Of a DNA stretch of 64,000 nt, positions 58,100-64,000 are shown in pieces (within the stretch, counting starts at the first letter, position 1; each line of letters begins with the position of its first letter). Source of the DNA: Pseudomonadota bacterium (GTDB lineage Bacteria; Pseudomonadota; Gammaproteobacteria; Burkholderiales; Eutrophovitaceae); NCBI GenBank assembly GCA_027624715.1, contig JAQBTV010000006.1:36121-100120 (forward strand). Reading direction: 5' to 3'. The notes under the pieces are model-generated. The model made no database searches. It saw only the letters and a list, made by a program, of their open reading frames with translations, and was not told the origin of the DNA. A program made the translations under genes and the position numbers.

Positions 58100-59464
58100 A
58101 TGTCTGATCAAGAATTATTGTCTATTAAGATTCCGCCTCACTCAGTTGAGGCAGAACAATCGGTCTTAGGTGGCTTATTGCTTGATAATACCACTTGGGA
58201 CCGCGTAGCTGACTGTATAAATGAATCGGATCTTTATCGTCCGGATCATAAAATAATATATCAGCATATTTCACGGCTCATCGGATCTAACAAACCTGCC
58301 GACGCAATTACAGTTGCTGAGAGTTTAGAGAGCACCAAGGAGCTTGAGCAGGTAGGTGGCTTATCCTACATAGGCGCTCTAGCGCAAAATACACCATCTG
58401 TTGCCAATATTAGGCGATACGCCGAGATAGTTCGCGAGCGTTCAATACTTAGAAAGCTGGCTCATACAGCGGCAACCATTGCTGATCTCGCCTACAACCC
58501 TATGGGCCAGGAAGCAGCTCAGTTACTGGATGAAGCTGAGTCAAAGATATTTTCGATCTCTGAAGAAGGATCCAGGACGCGTCAAGGCTTCCAAGATATA
58601 CAGCCTATATTGACGCAGGTAGTAGAGCGTATTGACATGCTCTATAACCGCGATAACCCGTCTGATGTAACGGGTGTGCCTACTGGATTTGTAGATCTTG
58701 ACCGTATGACTTCGGGATTCCAGGCTGGTGATTTGGTGATTGTTGCTGGGCGACCATCAATGGGTAAGACCGCACTCGCGTTAAATATTGCTCAATATGT
58801 AGCTCTAGATGCTGGATTACCCATCGGAATATTTTCGATGGAGATGAGTGCAGGGCAACTTGCAATGCGTTTGTTGAGTTCCTTAGGAAAAATTAATGCA
58901 CATGATTTACGAACTGGACAACTAGCAGAAGATGACTGGAGAAAACTAACTAACGCAGTAGGTCGGTTGAGTGAAGCACCAATACATATTGATGAAACTC
59001 CTGGGTTGAACTCGTTAGAATTGCGAGCGAGAGCACGTCGTTTGCACAGACAATATGGTCAGTTAGGTCTTATTGTGATTGATTATCTTCAGTTAATGTC
59101 TGCGAGCAAGCAGGGTGAAAATAGAGCAACGGAAATTTCAGAAATGTCTCGCTCGCTAAAGGGTTTAGCTAAAGAGTTGAATGTTCCAGTGATGGCTTTA
59201 TCCCAATTAAATCGATCTTTAGAGCAGCGTCCCAATAGGCGACCAGTAATGTCTGACCTTAGAGAGTCAGGGGCGATTGAGCAAGATGCGGATACGATTC
59301 TTTTTATATATCGAGACGAAGTATATAACCCAGATACGTTAGACAAAAATAAGGCAGAGGTCATTATCGGAAAGCAGCGTAATGGCCCAACTGGTGTGGT
59401 CATGTTGACGTGGAACGGAAAGCATACTCAATTTTCAAATTTCGCCAATCCTAATAATTATTGA
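58100..59464 (+). CDS. dnaB: Replicative DNA helicase
   Basis: 454 aa (PPHSVEAEQSVLGGLLLDN, Walker A GRPSMGKTALAL, IIGKQRNGPTG). Confidence 0.96.
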   Translation: MSDQELLSIKIPPHSVEAEQSVLGGLLLDNTTWDRVADCINESDLYRPDHKIIYQHISRLIGSNKPADAITVAESLESTKELEQVGGLSYIGALAQNTPSVANIRRYAEIVRERSILRKLAHTAATIADLAYNPMGQEAAQLLDEAESKIFSISEEGSRTRQGFQDIQPILTQVVERIDMLYNRDNPSDVTGVPTGFVDLDRMTSGFQAGDLVIVAGRPSMGKTALALNIAQYVALDAGLPIGIFSMEMSAGQLAMRLLSSLGKINAHDLRTGQLAEDDWRKLTNAVGRLSEAPIHIDETPGLNSLELRARARRLHRQYGQLGLIVIDYLQLMSASKQGENRATEISEMSRSLKGLAKELNVPVMALSQLNRSLEQRPNRRPVMSDLRESGAIEQDADTILFIYRDEVYNPDTLDKNKAEVIIGKQRNGPTGVVMLTWNGKHTQFSNFANPNNY

Positions 59465-59503
59465 CTATTTTTAGTAAAACTGCTGGTCAATACCCAGAAC
59501 GTT

Positions 59504-59962
59504 TTAAATGCTGTCTAAGACTTCCTGAGCGTGTCCCGGTATATTTATTTTTCTCCACTCTTTCTTAAGAACGCCTTCTGGGCTAATCAAAAAAGTACTT
59601 CGTTCTATACCGCGCACTTGTTTTCCGTACATGTTCTTTATTTTTATTACACCGAACATTTGGCAAACCTCTTCGTTGTTATCGGAGATTAGATCAAACT
59701 TAAAGCCGTATTTTGATCTAAAATTTTCGTGAGATTTAATACTGTCTCGAGACACACCAAAAATTAAACAGTTTTTCTTATCGAAGGAATGCTGCATATC
59801 GTTGAACTGGATACTTTCGTTTGTGCATCCGGGTGTACTGTCTTTAGGATAAAAGTAAATCACTATGTGCTTACCACGATAGTCTGAGATATTGAATGTT
59901 TTGTCTGAGGTCATAGCAGCAGAGAAATCTGGGATTTTTAATCCGACAATGGTGGACGTCAT
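59504..59962 (-). CDS. bcp: Thioredoxin-dependent peroxiredoxin Bcp
   Basis: 152 aa with the YFYPKDSTPGCTNE peroxidatic Cys motif. Confidence 0.9.
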   Translation of the reverse strand: MTSTIVGLKIPDFSAAMTSDKTFNISDYRGKHIVIYFYPKDSTPGCTNESIQFNDMQHSFDKKNCLIFGVSRDSIKSHENFRSKYGFKFDLISDNNEEVCQMFGVIKIKNMYGKQVRGIERSTFLISPEGVLKKEWRKINIPGHAQEVLDSI

Positions 59963-59970
59963 TTTTTTCC

Positions 59971-61041
59971 TTAATTTTTAGTATTCGAAGTTATTGTGCA
60001 ATCTGACAGTATCTTAATTGCTAATGATAATACCGTATCAGGCAGCATGTTATCTAAGGAGTAGACCTTTGCTAGAGGCATATTTTTGAAGTTCGTGCTC
60101 ATTGATTTGATATAAAAGGGGTCGTAATGTTTTTTTAACAAATCTTGAATTAGATCATCCCATTGATTGCTCGTGATTAAATCTAACCAGTAATCAATAA
60201 CGCGATTTCCATGTCTTGATCTAAGTTTTTCAAGTTGACTAGTTAGTAATGACGGGTTTTTGACTAGGTGGTTGTACGTTGCTTTGAGATATTTAGTTCG
60301 AGCGATCAAATCGGCTTGGATGTTAACACAAACCCCCTGACGGACATTATTAATTAACACTTCTGGTAAACGCAAGTCGCCTATCTTTTTACTTTCTGAC
60401 TCTATAAAAATAGGTTTCGTTACATCCCATTGTTTGAGTCTATGCCAAATTTGCGTTTCGAATTTTTTCTGGCTAGGTTGCGGCGAGTGTGGGTCATAAC
60501 CTAATAACGATCCACGATGGCGTGCAAGCGCCTCAAGGTTTAGGGTTTGACCACCTTGGCTCTGAATTGCTTCAATTAAATCTGTTTTTGCAGTCCCGGT
60601 TAATCCGCATATGACGATATAGCTGAACGCTGGGACCCGGGTGCCCAAATCCGTGACCACATAGCGTCTAAAGGTTTTATATCCACCAGATAATTGGCGC
60701 GCTCTCCAGCCAATATTGCGAAAGATCAGAGACATAGACGCACTTCGTTTTCCTCCCCTCCAGCAATAGATCACGGGAGACCAATTTTCAGGCTTTTGCG
60801 AGAGCGTTGTGTCAATATGCTGGGCGATATTTTTAGCGACTAAAGAGGCACCAATCTTCTTGGCTTTGAATGCAGATTCATTTTTGTAAGTCCATCCAAC
60901 CAATTGTCTCTCAGCATCATTTAATACAGGTAAATTGATTGCCCCAGGAATATGGTCCAGACTGTATTCGCTAGGGGATCTGACATCTATAATGTCATCG
61001 TTCGCATTTAAATCAGAGCTATTAATTAGGTCGCGCTTCAT
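59971..61041 (-). CDS. selU: tRNA 2-selenouridine(34) synthase
   Basis: N-terminal rhodanese domain with the active-site CWRGGKRS, followed by the P-loop GLTGTAKT. Length and order match MnmH/SelU. Confidence 0.88.
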   Translation of the reverse strand: MKRDLINSSDLNANDDIIDVRSPSEYSLDHIPGAINLPVLNDAERQLVGWTYKNESAFKAKKIGASLVAKNIAQHIDTTLSQKPENWSPVIYCWRGGKRSASMSLIFRNIGWRARQLSGGYKTFRRYVVTDLGTRVPAFSYIVICGLTGTAKTDLIEAIQSQGGQTLNLEALARHRGSLLGYDPHSPQPSQKKFETQIWHRLKQWDVTKPIFIESESKKIGDLRLPEVLINNVRQGVCVNIQADLIARTKYLKATYNHLVKNPSLLTSQLEKLRSRHGNRVIDYWLDLITSNQWDDLIQDLLKKHYDPFYIKSMSTNFKNMPLAKVYSLDNMLPDTVLSLAIKILSDCTITSNTKN

Positions 61042-61172
61042 GAGACAATTTAGCTTAAGTAATTGTTATATTAAATTGAGACATTAACTCGCTTTAGTTA
61101 GAGTAAATTACGTCTATATACTTTATTCCTATGCGCTTTATTGTCGCACGATTATGTTGATAGGAAATCCTT

Positions 61173-62204
61173 TTGAAATTAACTGAATATGTACATGGCG
61201 GGGGGTGTGGTTGCAAAATTGCACCCGATCTCCTAAAAGAGATTTTGTCAGGCTTAAAACCCATTGCAGATATGAACCTGCTTGTAGGTTTTGATCAGTC
61301 TGATGACGCAGCTATCTATAAAATAAACGATGAAACAGCTATTGTTGCAACCACGGATTTCTTCACCCCTGTTGTTGATGATCCTTTTACCTTTGGACAG
61401 ATTGCTGCGACAAACGCTTTTTCTGATGTGTACGCTATGGGAGCTAGGCCGCTTTTTGCACTCAGTATTTTGGGTATGCCAATTGACAAGCTCTCCGCAG
61501 AGACGATTTCATTGGTACTGCAAGGAGGTCACTCAGTCTGCGAAACTTTAGGGGTGCCAATTGCGGGTGGTCATTCCATTGACACCTTAGAACCCATCTA
61601 TGGCCTTGCTGTCATTGGTAAGATAAATCCAGCTAAGGTTAAGAGAAATACGGGTGCCAAGGTGGGCGATAGTATTATCCTTGGGAAACCACTTGGTATT
61701 GGCGTTTATTCTGCCGCGTTCAAGCGGAACCTTTTGACGGAGGATGCTTACCGAGAGATGATTTCTTTAACTACCCAGATTAATATCACTGGAGCTTTAT
61801 TCGGAGAAATGGCTCTGGTTCATGCAGTGACAGATGTAACAGGTTTTGGATTGCTCGGTCATTTAAAGGAAATTATTGTGGGTTCGGCTGTTGGAGCCGA
61901 GATCAGCCTCTCTGCGATTCCCTTTTTGGAGGTGGCTAGAAAGTTGTCGCGGGAGGGCATCGTTACAGGAGCTTCAGCAAGAAACTGGTCAAGTTACTCA
62001 GGGTATGTCCGCTATTTTGACGGATTGGATGCCTGTGACCTGAATTTATTGACCGATCCTCAAACTAGTGGAGGCTTATTAGTTACCTGTGCGGCTGCCA
62101 TAGAAGATGAGGTTCTTAAGATGTTCCACAAAGATGGCTTTTTGAGTGCAGCCCGAATAGGTCAAGTTATGGCAGAGCCGGTGTGTATTGAGGTCGTCTC
62201 CTAG
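61173..62204 (+). CDS. selD: Selenide, water dikinase (selenophosphate synthetase, Cys form)
   Basis: KLTEYVHGGGCGCKIAPDLLKEIL aligns with the E. coli SelD N-terminus, with TGT/TGC Cys codons. TTG start. It is divergent from selU. Confidence 0.9.
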   Translation: MKLTEYVHGGGCGCKIAPDLLKEILSGLKPIADMNLLVGFDQSDDAAIYKINDETAIVATTDFFTPVVDDPFTFGQIAATNAFSDVYAMGARPLFALSILGMPIDKLSAETISLVLQGGHSVCETLGVPIAGGHSIDTLEPIYGLAVIGKINPAKVKRNTGAKVGDSIILGKPLGIGVYSAAFKRNLLTEDAYREMISLTTQINITGALFGEMALVHAVTDVTGFGLLGHLKEIIVGSAVGAEISLSAIPFLEVARKLSREGIVTGASARNWSSYSGYVRYFDGLDACDLNLLTDPQTSGGLLVTCAAAIEDEVLKMFHKDGFLSAARIGQVMAEPVCIEVVS

Positions 62205-62336
62205 GCACGGTGTAACGTATTGCGCACGTAACTGTGTTAGACTCCGGCGCCGATACGGTAACTCTGGACGTTTGTATGAGTTCTCTGAGATTGCTTAGTC
62301 ATTTCCACACATTTAGATTAAAACAATAAATAAATT

Positions 62337-64000
62337 ATGATGAACAGTATTCGTAATATTGCAATTGTCGCTCACGTAGATCACGGAAAAACCACTCTAG
62401 TTGATCAATTGCTAAAACAGTCCGGTACGTTTGCAGCTCATAAGCAGGTTACGGAACGCGTGATGGACTCCAACGATTTGGAGAAGGAACGCGGTATTAC
62501 AATTCTGTCTAAGAACTGTGCAATTAGCTATAAAAACACGCACATCAACATTGTTGACACTCCTGGGCATGCGGACTTTGGTGGCGAAGTAGAGCGGGTA
62601 TTATCCATGGTTGATTGCGTTCTACTGCTCGTCGATGCTGTCGATGGACCTATGCCTCAGACTCGTTTTGTTACTAAAAAAGCATTGTCGCTTGGTCTTA
62701 AACCCATTGTAGTTGTGAATAAAATTGATCGTTCAGGAGCGCGGCCAAGCTGGGTAATCAATAAGACTTTTGATTTGTTCGATAAACTTGGTGCGACTGA
62801 AGAACAATTAGATTTTCCTGTCGTTTTTGCGTCTGCTCTCGAGGGCTGGGCCACCTTAGATGCCGATGTTAAAAACGATAGTTTGGTGCCGTTGTTTGAA
62901 ACAATCTTAGAGCATGTTCCTGCGCGTGAGGTTGATCTCGATGGCCCTCTACAACTTCAAATTTGTTCTTTGGATTATTCTAGTTTTGTTGGGCGAATCG
63001 GTATTGGAAGGATTAATCGAGGCCGTATTCAGTCTGGCCAACAAGTTCTTATGGTTTCTGGCCCTGATGGAGAAGCAATTTCTCGAAAAATTAATCAAGT
63101 GCTGGTCTTTTCCGGGCTTGAAAAGGAAGTCGTCGAGCACGCTGAAGCTGGAAACATTGTGTTGATTAACGGAATAGAAGATATCACTATTGGGCAGACG
63201 ATTTGCGAAGTGGGGTTTCCAGATCCGCTTCCATTGTTAACTGTAGACGAGCCTACTTTAACTATGAATTTTTTAGTTAATACGTCTCCTTTAGCTGGAA
63301 GAGTAGGTAAGTTTGTTACGAGTAGACAAATTCGTGATCGACTTAATCGGGAATTGCAGTCGAATGTAGCCCTTAAAGTTGAATTCACATCCGATTCTGA
63401 TACCTTCATTGTGTCTGGCCGTGGAGAATTGCATCTAACGATTCTTTTGGAAAATATGCGTCGAGAGGGATATGAGCTCGCTGTTGGCAGGCCTCGTGTT
63501 ATTTTTAAAGAGATTGATGGTGCGCGTCATGAGCCCTTTGAAATATTAACTATCGACGTCGAAGAAGAAAACCAAGGAGCGGTAATGGAGGAGTTGGGTG
63601 CTAGGCGTGGTGAGTTGCAGGATATGATGCCTGATGGAAAAGGTCGAGTTCGTCTTGAGTATAGAATTCCAGCCAGAGGATTAATTGGCTTTCAGGGCGA
63701 ATTTCTGACGCTTACTCGAGGAACTGGGGTGGCGAGCCACATCTTTGACTCTTATGATGTTGTTAAGGGCGATATTGATGATCGTCGCAATGGTGTTTTA
63801 GTCAGTCAAGATAATGGGCCAGCTGTTGCTTATGCATTATGGAAGTTACAAGAGCGTGGGCGTATGTTCGTGTCCCCTGGTGATGAGTTGTATGAAGGTA
63901 TGATTATTGGAATTCATTCTCGTGACAATGATCTTAGCGTGAATCCTATACGACAAAAACAATTAACTAACGTCCGTTCTTCTGGAACTGATGAGGCAGT
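62337..64000 (+). CDS. typA: Translational GTPase TypA/BipA (3' end lies outside the window)
   Basis: [26 protein letters not shown]...[16 protein letters not shown]...NKIDR. The frame is open to the window end, so it is absent from the ORF track. Confidence 0.93.
   Translation, partial: MMNSIRNIAIVAHVDHGKTTLVDQLLKQSGTFAAHKQVTERVMDSNDLEKERGITILSKNCAISYKNTHINIVDTPGHADFGGEVERVLSMVDCVLLLVDAVDGPMPQTRFVTKKALSLGLKPIVVVNKIDRSGARPSWVINKTFDLFDKLGATEEQLDFPVVFASALEGWATLDADVKNDSLVPLFETILEHVPAREVDLDGPLQLQICSLDYSSFVGRIGIGRINRGRIQSGQQVLMVSGPDGEAISRKINQVLVFSGLEKEVVEHAEAGNIVLINGIEDITIGQTICEVGFPDPLPLLTVDEPTLTMNFLVNTSPLAGRVGKFVTSRQIRDRLNRELQSNVALKVEFTSDSDTFIVSGRGELHLTILLENMRREGYELAVGRPRVIFKEIDGARHEPFEILTIDVEEENQGAVMEELGARRGELQDMMPDGKGRVRLEYRIPARGLIGFQGEFLTLTRGTGVASHIFDSYDVVKGDIDDRRNGVLVSQDNGPAVAYALWKLQERGRMFVSPGDELYEGMIIGIHSRDNDLSVNPIRQKQLTNVRSSGTDEA

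Overview
The window is a very gene-dense, moderately AT-rich chromosomal segment. Gene order (pyrG-kdsA-eno-ftsB; mdh next to gntR-sdhCDAB-sdhE-gltA-sucAB-lpdA; rpsF-priB-rpsR-rplI-dnaB) and the protein sequences point to a streamlined betaproteobacterium of the Burkholderiales, possibly Polynucleobacter-like. That assignment is inference only.

The content falls into five blocks:
1. 1-2.7 kb: housekeeping genes (pyrG 3' end, kdsA, eno, ftsB).
2. 2.8-18.7 kb: a contiguous formate-oxidation and molybdenum block. It holds mobA, an OFA-family transporter with an untracked 41-aa small ORF, a ModE-N/PBP-type regulator, fdsG-fdsB-fdsA-fdhD-fdsD, msrB-moeA-moaA, moaD-moaE, a second ModE-N-only regulator and modB-modC-modA.
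3. 18.8-30.1 kb: crcB, an nnr plus Baeyer-Villiger monooxygenase operon, purL, bolA, yciB, and a carboxymuconolactone-decarboxylase-family / nitroreductase / pirin trio.
4. 29.7-54.1 kb: a large central-carbon supercluster. The minus strand carries mdh, a 59-aa sORF, prpB, prpC, prpD, acnA, an RluF-like pseudouridine synthase and a PIN gene. The plus strand carries gntR, sdhCDAB, sdhE, gltA, sucA, sucB, lpdA, zapE, acuI and prpE.
5. 54.1-64 kb: a small membrane ORF, a DHA2-type MFS exporter, rpsF-priB-rpsR-rplI, dnaB, bcp, selU, selD and the typA 5' part.

I found no rRNA, tRNA, CRISPR array, transposase, integrase or phage gene. The window is overwhelmingly core genome, and I cannot point to a convincing self-contained new system.

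The features existing annotation explains least well are:
- two paralogous ModE-N HTH regulators, with unusual or no sensor domains, flanked by operator-like repeats in the Mo/formate block;
- a solitary PIN nuclease gene that overlaps an RluF-like gene by 4 bp at the tail of the mdh-prp-acnA array;
- two tightly packed small ORFs below the ORF-track cutoff (4942-5067 and 37297-37476);
- several palindromes, hairpins and short repeats in the few long intergenic regions.

All functional calls rest on reading the translated ORFs against remembered family sequences and motifs. No searches were run.
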